DNA of 60,354 bases, the filler included, from Asterionella formosa (taxonomy: Eukaryota), in assembly GCA_002256025.1 (NCBI GenBank). It is 6 parts of 6 records of this genome, joined end to end, with 100 filler letters (N's around TTAATTAATTAA, not from the genome) between each part and the next. Parts side by side here need not be neighbours in the genome. Positions count along the whole stretch, not along the records: positions 40,327 to 50,295 come from NKIB01010024.1; positions 50,396 to 60,354 come from NKIB01010025.1; 4 more parts are not named here. One strand, written 5' to 3'. Shown one piece after another: positions 47,783 through 60,354 of the stretch (positions within the stretch are counted from its first letter, which is position 1; each line of letters begins with the position of its first letter). The notes under the pieces were generated by a model. The model was not told where the DNA came from. It made no database searches and worked only from the letters and a program-made list of their open reading frames with translations. The translations under genes were made by a program, and so were the position numbers.

Positions 47783-48960
47783 GTGGGCGCACTCTGATAA
47801 TAAAAAATTATTATATCATGTGTATATTATAACACAAATTATTCTGGTGATCTGCTACATTATATCGTCCTTGCGCTCAAATAATAGAGATATTTTAGAT
47901 TACTTCTCTGACATTATATATATTATTAACTTTTATATTCAACAGTTAAATTTTCATATCGATGCATCCTCTTGTATGCAATGACGCCTCTTGTTCATTA
48001 TATGCATGAGTTCTATATATTCATCATCGTCGGTCACTGACCATGTCGACTTTCATCCCATCTCCTGATGATGATGATGACATTATGATCACATTGCTAC
48101 TGTTAGCAATGTGCTATCCACCAGTAAATAGGACGCCATCGTTCAGGGAAAGTTTGACTGTTGATGAGGTCAGAAAAAGAAGTGGCAAAATCCGTCGCCA
48201 CGCACTACAGCATCCATTATCGAGTCCATTCTGGACTTTGTTCAACAGCAAGCATGATGATGCTCTGATTACGTTGTGTGGGTTTGACCATGCTTCTTTC
48301 GAGCTCCTACACCAGCTGTTCAAACCTTGTTTTTATTCCTTCACTCCCTGTAGGAAAAATACGGATTTCATTGTTAGAAATTCAACAACAAGGGAAATTC
48401 TCGTTGTGCTGTGATGCAACAACTTCCCATACATGGGACCCAATCGGCAGGTGAGTAGAAATGGTTTCCAGCAATGAGAGAATCTCATTGATCCTGAACT
48501 GTTGACCCCGACTCTGCATGCTTCGGCGAGCTCTTGGAAACGTTGGTGCTCGCCTGGCAGTTGCTGTTCATGAAACTGAACTAGTAGGAGCACATGGGGA
48601 CTGAGTAACCCCAGAAACACCAATCTGAGAAACACCTGGGACACCCATCCTACTGTCCTCATCGTCACTGGCAAACTCATCAGCACCAGTGTCATCTTCA
48701 TTCTCGTCGTCGTCCTCCTCCTCTTCTTCTGGTTGAGTCTGTTGTTGTTCTTGTTGCTGGTGACGGCGACGTTCAAGCAGCCTTGGAGAGGAAGGGAATC
48801 CCTCCCTGGCTGCTCTCCTTTGACCAGAAGAAGATGACGACATGGCCGATATCTAAAAGCGATGACGATCGATTTATTGAGGAGGTTGATTGATATGTAA
48901 CGATATGCATATGTATATGCATACCTATTTTGGCAAGAGCAAGCCATTTTGAGTATGAGC
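47783..48960. mobile_element. Internally deleted PIF/Harbinger element (5' end of transposase on +, 5' end of Myb-like accessory gene on -)
   Basis: 48043-48390 matches the N-terminus of the 55632-56375 transposase (FWTLFN.KHDDALITLCGF). 48395-48850 on the minus strand matches accessory gene ~53940-54440. Terminus is homologous to ~56400-56625. Confidence 0.8.
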
Positions 48961-49469
48961 AAGCAAGTCTTGAAATATTCCGGGAAATTCTATATAGTCA
49001 TTCATGTCTAAACATCTTTTTATATAATGCACTGTTATTTATAACTGTAAAAAATTTGTGTTTGTGTTGACCAGGTTTGTTAAAGTATTACCTTTTGTAT
49101 AGATCTATATTGTTAGACAAAGAAGACTTTAGATAGAGATGTTCGTTTCTCTTTCCGTTTCTATATTCTTATTGTGAGTTTACTAATCTAGTTTAGGTTG
49201 TTCTGTTTGAACAAAACAAACGAACTATTCTCCAAATGCTGTTTCCATTTCTAGGAACATACAATCATAGATAGACCCATGTCTATCTCACACTTACTGA
49301 TCATAGGTATTTAACCATGATCATCCATTTCAAACTATCGGTCTTCCGAAATAGCTTATATTGTCCGGTTCATCATAGTCGGAGTAACAAAGTATAATGT
49401 GTGGTTGATGAGAGCTTGGTACATCAAAGTTGACTCATTCGAATCGTTTGACTCGTTTGACTTCGAGTC

Positions 49470-50295
49470 CTAACTACGTAGATGAGCTCACTTTAACACT
49501 CTCCTTGTTCCAACAATCCATCATCCCGTTTTGGATCGCGTATCCGTGCATGTTCATAATCTTGTCCGTGACATTTTTAGTTAGAACATTTGCTGGATTC
49601 TTTTCCGTATTGACGTAGTCAACCTTAATCGTTCCGTTTTCGACTTGTTCTCATACATAGTGGTATCTTACGTCGATGTGTTTTGTACGTGCCCCGACCT
49701 GATGATTTTTCGTTAAATAAATCGCACCGGTATTGTCCTCACCCATTAGACTAGGCAGGCATCACGATAGTGGTTATTTCGCCCAGTAGATTCGTTGCGA
49801 AGACAGTTTCCTTTGAGCCGTTACTGAGTGCGACATATTCACACTCGGTGCTTGATTGCGTTACGATATCCTGTCCTTTTGATATCCAGTGAATTAGGGC
49901 GCACCCTCCGATCGTGCCTAAATAACCGCTGACACTTTTTCGTGTATCAGGATTAGAGGCGAAGGCGCTGTCCACGACATCTTGAATACGTAGCTCGTTG
50001 GGAGCACGTAGTTTCATTCTGCATGCAATGTCCCCATGTAGACACATATACCCGAGTAGGCGTTCCAATGCTTGCCAGTGCGTTTCGCCTGGGTTGTCGA
50101 GGTGCTGTGACAATTCACAACATGCGTTGGCGCATACTGGCGATATTTTCTTCACGAAGTAAAGTATCTTTCCAACGAGGGAGCGATATTCCTTATTCTT
50201 GATCGTCTCTCCTCGGTTCTTACTTAGGACCGTTCCCGGGAATCCCGGCGTTGAGGCTTTCTTTGGTTCCTTTCCAAATATAGTCGTGTAGTCAT
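49470..50295 (-). mobile_element. Ty1/Copia RT C-terminus/RNase H fragment
   Basis: YRSLVGK, HW.ALERLLGY, VDSAFAS.PDTRKSVSG, QSSTECEY, EDNTGA, RTKHIDVRYHY, NPANVLTKN. Truncated at scaffold end. Confidence 0.88.
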
Positions 50296-50395
50296 NNNNN
50301 NNNNNNNNNNNNNNNNNNNNNNNNNNNNNNNNNNNNNNNTTAATTAATTAANNNNNNNNNNNNNNNNNNNNNNNNNNNNNNNNNNNNNNNNNNNN

Positions 50396-52692
50396 GATGC
50401 ACTGCTCTTTGTGTAGACTAGCTATATTTGATCATTTCCATATTTCATACTATACAGGTGCATGGATGACTCCTCCCGCCCTTTCATTAGTAGATATGCA
50501 GCCATGTTGCGATAATTCTACAAGACCTATAGGCTTGGTAGTAGTCTGGTGGTCATCACTCCCGCATTGTACATACCAGTAGGAGTCATCATGTATGCAT
50601 GCATGCTGCGATAATTCTTACAAGACATAAAAATTTGGTAGCTTGGGAGTTATCACTTCCGGACTGCATACAGGGGAGGAAGGGGTTGCATGCATGAGCA
50701 ACTACTTCGGTATAAAGTATGATCTTTAATCGATGATTCTTGATTTGTTTATCCTATACCTTTGATCATAACATATTGATCATATGATGAACGGTGTTGT
50801 TGATGAGAAAATGAACGATCAACATTTATTTTCAAGAATCAGGATTAATTGATCTTAAAAAATATGATCAAATGATCCTAAACACATGAGCATATTCAGT
50901 TTTCCGCTGCACTATTGTGGTATTTCCATGATGAAAGTAATTCCCAGCAAGTACACATATACAGAACTACCGGTAGGCCATATGAATTTTGGTCAATATG
51001 TCTATGTACATAAATGTATGATTTCGACCATTTGAAAAATTGGTGATGACTCCCGTTTATTAAGGGGCTTAATTAAATCAGCCACTGACTTGTAGGTACA
51101 AGAATTGACACAACAAAATTGAAAAAACTCAACAGGTCGTGGAAAGCTATGAACTCATCATGCATTGTATATAGTTGAATTATGTATAATCAAAATTGAT
51201 GACAGTATACACAGGATGTGCCGTATCATGAGGGTGTTTCAAACTATGCAAATGTTCAACTATATATACATTTAAACTTCTTACAAATCTTTATATATAT
51301 GTATTTATGGCTGAAACATTTGAAATCATGTTTTCATGTGGTTCCTTGTCATGCATACACTTTGCTCCTGAATTGAAGGATTAACACAGATGATGACACG
51401 GAAAACGAAAGTGATAATAAAGCACAATGATACTTGCGGCTTAGAAGAGAAGGGCGGAATCAATTGATGGTAAGTCAAGAGCAAATGCCTTTCATGTTCC
51501 TTGTCATTCTGTTTCCACTTCCTGAAATGAAGGAGCTCAAGCAACACAGGATGCGAAAAACTGAAGTGACAATACAGCACGATAAGAATGAGTGAATATG
51601 ATGGAAAAGGGCGGAATCATCAAGCTCTGCATAGCATCCTAGTTTGTCAAGAGCAAATGCCAAGATGATCAATTGCTGGGATTACAAATATGGAATGACT
51701 TGTCCCCTTTCAGTGATTCAATAGCTTCTTTTCGATTTGGTGGCTGGTCAACCATCAATGTGGACAAAAGAAACCGGTAAGTGCTGCCTACCCTATCAGC
51801 CATCTTTGGATCAATCTACAACTGTTAGAAAAACTCACACATATGTGTTGCTTCTTTCAGGATAATGGTAGACAAACAGGATAATGGTAGACAAACAGTA
51901 TTTGTAAGTTACAAAGAGCAGTGTTGGAGCCCATTTATTGATCGATACTTTGCTTCTCATTCAATCTTCGACTGACACATTCTTCTACAGAAATAGTATG
52001 CATCAGTTACCTCCTCAATTTGTGGTAAGTGAAGCAAGATAGAAGCGAAATGAATGTTGTTGTGTAAGCAAAACATGAACAGCTAACAATCATGAATTGC
52101 TTCTCTTTGTTAGTATGACTGATTGGAACAACGAAACAGATTCAATAGTAATGGGAAAATGCGTGAATGCAAACTCAGAACAACCCTCAGGAGTAAATGG
52201 AACAAAGCAAGCAGGGGAACAACGGCAAGGCAACCAGTACAACAACCTTCAGAATTGGATAGGGGGGAATGTGGAAGTGAAAGTGAAAGCTGAAGCACCA
52301 ATCATTGCGATGAGAGCATTGTAGAACATTCTGTAGCCACTCAAGATATAGAATCATAGAACCATTCTTAGCTAAATATAGTTCCAAATTTCGATCAATT
52401 TCATCCTATTTTAGACAGTGATATCGATGAGAATTACGATCATGCTAAGATAGATGTATGACAAAAGTATACACATCATATGACCATGTTTAACTAATTA
52501 TATGATGCAATGGTATCATAACTATGATAGTATCATCATACTTCAAGCTCGGTAAAAGTTTACTGCATGATCATAATTATATGATACATTGATCATATTT
52601 TTGATCGAAAAACTATCATATATTTGAAAATCCTGCGCCACTTAGCATACAATACTCTTGATCATATTTTCATTATTTTTTTTTCACAGACG
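50396..52692. mobile_element. Inverted copy of the 32254-34397 dispersed repeat
   Basis: Reverse-complement match, plus a ~165-bp insertion at ~51480-51645. Confidence 0.85.
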
Positions 52693-53864
52693 TAGGTATA
52701 GTTTCAAAGTACAAACGTCATATTTTTATTGTAACAAGGGGAATACGGGAATGCTGGTAGGAGGGCGAACCTACAGTTTCACAGTACTAGCTAAGGAACG
52801 AGTACAGTTTCACAGTACGAACTTCATGATTTCTACTGAAACAAGGGGAATACGGGAGTGCTGGTAGGTTATTGATTGATTGCACGCTATACATTGAACA
52901 AAGATTTTTTGCTCCAACATGACGAATGGTGCACATGCAATGCTTTCTGTAATTATATTGTCATGTAAAGTTGCCAATACGTAATAACTTCACTGCCATG
53001 TACTCCTACAACAAGAGTCATTGTATTATACATGACTTAATGGCATACAGAATCTGAAAGAAGGAAAACGCTGATGTATTGCTAGTTAGACAAATGTTAC
53101 CATCTGCTACACGACCGATCTTTAACTGGTGTCCACTTTGTGGGTACAAAGTTAGGAAAAATCGGAAACCATCCAGATTGTATCAAAAAATTTGCTCAAA
53201 TAGTTCTTTCCTACCATTTGGTTGCTATTGTGTTTGTTCTCAGGAACACCAGCTCCAATGATCATAACATCGTCGCGATTTTGATCTATGACATCTTCTG
53301 ATCATGATATCAAGGGCAGAACTGGATCTGACAACATTCCTCAGCAATCATCCGTTAATGTGTCGCTCCCTGAAAAAAAATGATATTTTCACAGATGGTT
53401 GTGATATTGCCACTATAGAGTACCAAGTCGAGACTACATACATTGATTCGATTTCTGTTGATTGTTGTTGACGACATGATTCATACTTTATGTGCTGGTA
53501 GCACCGGTATCTTATAATGGTAGCATCACTCAATTTCCTCCAGAAAAATCGGAATCATAGCAAGTTACTTTGTCTATGTCCAGAAAATTATTGGGGTGTT
53601 TTGTGCCTGCTAAAAAATTTACAGGGGGGACCAACAACGTCAGAGGAGGGCCAGAACAATGAATTATACTGTTGTCGTTGTGAGATGATGTTTGGTGCAT
53701 CATGTCGTCTCAGCCTTGACTATGAAGAAATCAACGGATATCGCCATGAAAAATGAAAACGACGCTCTGCTATTGGGTACATATATTAAGCAAGATATAG
53801 AAAATACAATCATAAAAGAGGCCGAAGCAACAGTTTTAATAACTCTAATATTGATAATGAAAAT

Positions 53865-54960
53865 TGAAATAGGTATGCATATTGTTACATATCAATCTAC
53901 CTCCTCAATTCATTGATTGACATCTCTTTAAGATTTCGACGATGTCGTTATCCTCTTCCGGTCAAAGGAGAGGACCAGCCAGAGAGGGTCTCCCTTCCTC
54001 TCCAAGGCTGCGTGAGCGTCGCTGTCACCAACAAGAACAACAGTCAAATCAAAAGAAGACGAGAAGAAAGAGAAGATGAAGGAGGAGGAATAGGATGGAG
54101 ATAACACGGCCAGCAACAACGACAGCAGGTTTGGTGCTTCCGTTGTCTCTCATATTGGTGTCTTCCAGTCTTCTTCAACAGGAGACAGAAATGAATCTTC
54201 ACGCCACAATAGCGTTACTGCAAGCAGCTAAACAGTTTCAAAAAGAACAAGTGGCGGCATCAACAGCAGAAGAAATCTTCCACTACTTTTTCCAAGGGCA
54301 CGCCGCAACCTACAGAGTCAGGGTCAACAGTTTCGACTCAACAAGGTTATGTCATTGTTAGATTCTGTTATGACGCATCTCCCAATTGGATCGCATGAAT
54401 GGGAATGTGTTGCTGCTGAACACAATGAAATATTTCCAGACAAGGATCGAACTGTAACTTCAATTTGGCGAAAGTTTTCTCAGCTTCACAAGGCAAAAAA
54501 ACTAACAGGTGACCCAACTTGTCCTCCCAATGTAGACAATGTTGAACCTAAGGAAACGTCAACTAATAAAACTACGACTTCTAAAGAATGAAATGGAGCA
54601 AATTCAGCTGCAGTAGCTGTGAATTATGGTGGTTTCACTGCTGGTACAAGATTTCCTCGACCAATGGTACCCCCGGATTAGAAATATGCATGTGTCAAAT
54701 AATCTCGACTCCTCCAGATGGCTGGAGAGAGTGATACTGAGGAGATACAACATCAACAACAGCATCAACAACAGCATCAGCAACAACGTCAGCAACAACA
54801 TCAGCAACAATGTCAGCAACAATGTCAGCAACAATGTCAGCAACAATGTCAGCAACAATGTCAGCAACAATGTCAGCAACAACAACAACAACAACAACAG
54901 CAACAAAAACAACAACAAAATCAACAACAAAAACAACAACAGCAACAACAGCAACAGCAC

Positions 54961-54998
<38 letters not shown>

Positions 54999-56625
54999 AC
55001 AACAACAACAACAACAACATGATGAACATGATGATGATGTCGATCATGTCATCAGTGTTAAACCACAGGGCACCAGAAAGAACAAATTCTAATGCTAGCG
55101 TGGATCCCATTCAGTCAATGTTGAACTCCACAATCAATCACCATATAATAATAATGAAAGTAGTGATGATGAATAATTTAAAAAAAATTTTAAATCAAAT
55201 AAATCCAAGAATTAAAATGCATAGTACCTATTATAACTTCTGTGCAAATAGGGCATATAAACAGAAGCAATTTGATTCTGACCGTTTTTACTTGCCCGAA
55301 ATTTTTAAAGTGAAAATTTTAAAGCGACACAATCATTTGCAGGATTAGTTTTCTTTCACCTCTCTTCATAAAGAAATTTGTCTTTATCCTAGGAAAGACC
55401 CCTGAAGACATCACATTCTCCATACGGACAACTTTCAGACTGAAGTTGCTTGATGGTTTATACCAAAACTTTGTCAAGGATTCCCATTTGTTTCATATTA
55501 TTTTGATGGGATTTCAGCATTGCATTTGATTTCTTAGATGGAAATGCTGAATCCACAACCACTTTTTACCTGTATCCCTGTAAACCATTTCAACTTGATC
55601 ATAGATTGATGACCAAATTGCCATGGTGGAGTCATGGAGAACACCAGGGCATTGAAATAAGAACAGCGAATTTTTCCATCAGGCGAAAAAGAAACAAGTT
55701 TGTCACATAGTGTTCATGAGTCCATCCATTGTAGAAGCTGTTCTGCTGTGTTTCATTTCCAGCTTGTTGCAGAGTTAGTTTCAGGCCATCCATTGTTCCC
55801 CAACAATTGCTTATCAGTGGGTATTTCTGATTGATCATGGTTGCAAACAAGGTGGCTTCTTCTGCTGTAGGCAGTCTCACAATGGCATCCTCATTTGTCA
55901 GCAGAACTTTTACAGTCATTTGCCTTGAAAACCTCAACCAATCACTCAAGGACCCATGAGTTAATCCGAAAATTATTTGCATAATCATAACGGAACCACG
56001 AGCGCTGGTCCATGCTAACCCAAGCGCCAAAAAACTGATGGAAATGAGGATTCTGGGACGACCCTTTTTGGTTGTTGAATTTCTAACAATGAAATCCGTA
56101 TATTTCCTACAGGGAGTAAAGGAATCAAAACAGGGCTTGAATAGTTGGTGTAGGAGCTTGGCTGAAAGAAGCATGATCGTGAAACCACACAATGTGATGA
56201 GAGCATCATCATGCTTGTTGTTGAACAATGTCCAGAACAGACTTGTCTTGTTTGCTAGATCGCATGCTACTAGCAGTAGTAATGTGATGATCATATCATC
56301 ATCATGCTCATCATCACAAGATGAGCGGAAAGCCGACATGGTCAGTGGCTGATGATGGTGAGTAATGGAACTCATATACCAGTACTCCCTTTATAGTAAG
56401 AGGAGAAGGGAGGCACAACACACAAGAGGATGCTGCATCGCTATAAAAATTTAACTGTTATAAATTATAGCTAAATATTTGTTTAATTTCCGATAATCAA
56501 GCAATCTAAAATATCTCTACCACTATCAGAGCGCAACAACGATATTATGTATCAAATCACCAAAATATTTTGTGTTACAATTCACACATGATATAATATT
56601 TTTTAATAATCACAACGCGCCACTG
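53865..56625. mobile_element. PIF/Harbinger DNA transposon, two convergent degenerate genes (DDE_Tnp_4-type transposase on -, Myb/SANT-like DUF6818-type gene on +)
   Basis: Transposase: KYPL..NCWGTMDGLK, FYNGWTH.HYVTN, HDST, VVDSAF (frameshifted). Accessory gene: LPIGSHEWECVA..HN..FP...RT..S..RKF..L...K.TGDPTCPP.V. Confidence 0.85.
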
Positions 56626-57247
56626 CAGTAATACTGCAAGCTTTATTTGGGGAAAGACACCAGTATACTGGTGTACTGTGTTCACTTCGCGAACAGTTAA
56701 GTATTTCAATCTGTTATGACGCATCTCCCAATTGGATCGCATGAATGGGAATGTGTTGCTGCTGAACACAATGAAATATTTCCAGACAAGGATCGAACTG
56801 TAACTTCAATTTGGCGAAAGTTTTCTCAGCTTCACAAGGCAAAAAAACTAACAGGTGACCCAACTTGTCCTCCCAATGTAGACAATGTTGAACCTAAGGA
56901 AACGTCAACTAATAAAACTACGACTTCTAAAGAATGAAATGGAGCAAATTCAGCTGCAGTAGCTGTGAATTATGGTGGTTTCACTGCTGGTACAAGATTT
57001 CCTCGACCAATGGTACCCCCGGATTAGAAATATGCATGTGTCAAATAATCTCGACTCCTCCAGATGGCTGGAGAGAGTGATACTGAGGAGATACAACATC
57101 AACAACAGCATCAACAACAGCATCAGCAACAACGTCAGCAACAACATCAGCAACAATGTCAGCAACAATGTCAGCAACAATGTCAGCAACAATGTCAGCA
57201 ACAATGTCAGCAACAATGTCAGCAACAACAACAACAACAACAACAGC

Positions 57248-57344
<97 letters not shown>

Positions 57345-59056
57345 ACAACAACAACAACAACAACATGATGAACATGATGATGATGTCGATCATGTCATCA
57401 GTGTTAAACCACAGGGCACCAGAAAGAACAAATTCTAATGCTAGCGTGGATCCCATTCAGTCAATGTTGAACTCCACAATCAATCACCATATAATAATAA
57501 TGAAAGTAGTGATGATGAATAATTTAAAAAAAATTTTAAATCAAATAAATCCAAGAATTAAAATGCATAGTACCTATTATAACTTCTGTGCAAATAGGGC
57601 ATATAAACAGAAGCAATTTGATTCTGACCGTTTTTACTTGCCCGAAATTTTTAAAGTGAAAATTTTAAAGCGACACAATCATTTGCAGGATTAGTTTTCT
57701 TTCACCTCTCTTCATAAAGAAATTTGTCTTTATCCTAGGAAAGACCCCTGAAGACATCACATTCTCCATACGGACAACTTTCAGACTGAAGTTGCTTGAT
57801 GGTTTATACCAAAACTTTGTCAAGGATTCCCATTTGTTTCATATTATTTTGATGGGATTTCAGCATTGCATTTGATTTCTTAGATGGAAATGCTGAATCC
57901 ACAACCACTTTTTACCTGTATCCCTGTAAACCATTTCAACTTGATCATAGATTGATGACCAAATTGCCATGGTGGAGTCATGGAGAACACCAGGGCATTG
58001 AAATAAGAACAGCGAATTTTTCCATCAGGCGAAAAAGAAACAAGTTTGTCACATAGTGTTCATGAGTCCATCCATTGTAGAAGCTGTTCTGCTGTGTTTC
58101 ATTTCCAGCTTGTTGCAGAGTTAGTTTCAGGCCATCCATTGTTCCCCAACAATTGCTTATCAGTGGGTATTTCTGATTGATCATGGTTGCAAACAAGGTG
58201 GCTTCTTCTGCTGTAGGCAGTCTCACAATGGCATCCTCATTTGTCAGCAGAACTTTTACAGTCATTTGCCTTGATAACCTCAACCAATCTCTCTAGGAAC
58301 CATGAGTTTATCCGAAAATTATTTGCATAATCATAAAGGAACCACGAGATCTGGTCCATGCTAACCCAAGCGCCAAAAAACTGATGGAAATGAGGATTCT
58401 GGGACGACCCTTTTTGGTTGTTGAATTTCTAACAATGAAATCCGTATATTTCCTACAGGGAGTAAAGGAATCAAAACAGGGCTTGAATAGTTGGTGTAGG
58501 AGCTTGGCTGAAAGAAGCATGATCGTGAAACCACACAATGTGATGAGAGCATCATCATGCTTGTTGTTGAACAATGTCCAGAACAGACTTGTCTTGTTTG
58601 CTAGATCGCATGCTACTAGCAGTAGTAATGTGATGATCATATCATCATCATGCTCATCATCACAAGATGAGCGGAAAGCCGACATGGTCAGTGGCTGATG
58701 ATGGTGAGTAATGGAACTCATATACCAGTACTCCCTTTATAGTAAGAGGAGAAGGGAGGCACAACACACAAGAGGATGCTGCATCGCTATAAAAATTTAA
58801 CTGTTATAAATTATAGCTAAATATTTGTTTAATTTCCGATAATCAAGCAATCTAAAATATCTCTACCACTATCAGAGCGCAACAACGATATTATGTATCA
58901 AATCACCAAAATATTTTGTGTTACAATTCACACATGATATAATATTTTTTAATAATCACAACGCGCCACTGCAGTAATACTGCAAGCTTTATTTGGGGAA
59001 AGACACCAGTATACTGGTGTACTGTGTTCACTTCGCGAACAGTTAAGTATTTCAAT
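54364..59056. repeat. Near-identical 2346-bp tandem duplication (54364-56709 / 56710-59055) of the Harbinger element plus flank
   Basis: ORFs repeat at a constant offset of 2346 (54626 vs 56972, 56038 vs 58384). Confidence 0.95.
54745..55020 (+). repeat. CAA/CAG microsatellite with CAGCAACAATGT subunits (second copy ~57091-57366)
   Basis: Direct inspection; reads as poly-Q/QQQC. Confidence 0.95.
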
Positions 59057-59827
59057 ACTGAAATGACAGTATACCAGTACTATACCAGTATACTGATACT
59101 GCTACTACCAAAGCAGCATTCTTGTTCTCACTCCAAAAAAGCGTGCTCACGCGTTTTGCTTGTTTTGGCCTACTAACGAAAATTGCAGCATGCAATCAGA
59201 TGCAGATGTGAGGGTTAACAACGCTACCTGTCACCCATCAATCAACAGTGAGAGCAGAGGTAAGTTACTATACTCTCATTTGATGCTCGATAGGCAGACT
59301 ATGTCGATTGGAACGTGAAGTGCGTGATATAGATTGTTTATGTCATCAGTTCATGGCACATGTGTGGCTGGAGATGCTTGGAGAATGTTGCTTGCTACCA
59401 TTCTTAATGGAAGCAACAATCAACCATGAGAGCACAGGTAAGTTATATGCACATTGCCTGCTCATACGGAAATTGGAGTGATGGATTGTTCATGTGATCG
59501 TTTCGTTGCACATATCTTCATAAATTAAGGTATTGAAGACCACTGTGGCTGTGCTCGTTCTGATAGAGGATGCACAGTGGAAAGTATGGGTGACCAGAAG
59601 TAGAATATTTGAGTATTTAATAGCAATCCATTTAATTCGATTTGTGTTCATCATTGATCGAACATGATAATAGGTTTGATCAGTAGTAATGAACGTTAGA
59701 TCGAAAGCTAAAAATTCTATCTGATATTAGCATTCCAAAGGTTAGACAGAATGAATAACTGATTTGATCTCACGATTACTATCTTTAGATCAAACACCAA
59801 AACGTTAGTTGATTTATCAATCATTTT

Positions 59828-59905
59828 TTGTATGATCAATCAGTATTTCTGTATGATCAATCAAAATTTCTGTATGATCAATCAGTTTTTTTGTATGATC
59901 AATCA
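59828..59905. repeat. 21-bp tandem repeat (TGTATGATCAATCA core), ~4 copies
   Basis: Direct inspection. Confidence 0.85.
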
Positions 59906-59964
59906 AGAAATAATACGTCATACTGAGAATTTTTGGGGCAGTCATATAAGCCACGAAATACGCC

Positions 59965-60354
59965 ACTTTTCGAAATTTCGTCTACGTATGAGTGTTAATT
60001 ATGTGGTACTTCACATGCATTAATGCCACTCTTCACGTAAAAAAGATTACTTTCAACGGTTTCATGTGAAGTTTTAACTGCTTCATGTGAAGTTTTCACA
60101 ATGAATTTTGAACGCGAGACTGAATTAGTTGATGTTTCAAATAATTCATTTGACTTTTCGAAATTTCGTTTACGTACGAGTGTTAATTATGTGGTACTTC
60201 ACATGCATTAATGCCACTCTTCACGTAAAAAAGGTTACTTTTAACGGTTTCATGTGAAGTTTTAACGGTTTCATGTGAAGTTTTAACTGTTTCATGTGAA
60301 GTTTTCACAATGAATTTTGAACGCGAGACTGAAATAGTTGATGTTTCAAATAAT
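59965..60354. repeat. ~188-bp tandem repeat, 2 copies, with variable 20-bp TTCATGTGAAGTTTT subrepeats
   Basis: ACTTTTCGAAATTTCGT at 59965 and 60153. Two subrepeats in unit 1, three in unit 2. Confidence 0.9.

Noticed and set aside
54604..55348. Poly-L, poly-N and poly-T ORFs (and duplicates at 56950-57694)
   Set aside because: Alternative-frame readings of a CAA/CAG microsatellite.

Overview
Eukaryotic nuclear DNA, most likely a diatom or related stramenopile. This is inferred from short GT-AG introns, a bipartite plastid-targeting presequence, and CoDi-like Copia and Harbinger elements. The window is not contiguous: six ~10 kb scaffolds are joined by identical 100-bp artificial linkers (N44-TTAATTAATTAA-N44). 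Scaffolds 1 (1-9997) and 3 (20186-30158) are gene-dense. They carry a Ycf29/Rre1-like response regulator, SPOUT1, a TrpF-like TIM barrel, dynamitin, DBP5, NDUFAF1, a CaMK kinase, SLC35F, a GGCT and an enlarged HPPD. Scaffolds 2, 4, 5 and 6 are mostly decayed transposable elements (Copia, LINE, PIF/Harbinger, MITE-like), satellites and CpG-decayed pseudogenes (LRR-kinase-RING, ARM repeats). The most striking unexplained signal is dense non-coding enrichment of TA-flanked palindromes (TACCGGTA, TACCWGGTA, TACWGTA). These resemble accumulated Tc1/mariner excision footprints and match the ends of a TIR element in the same window. No CRISPR array, tRNA or rRNA was recognised. All family assignments come from motif recognition, not database searches.
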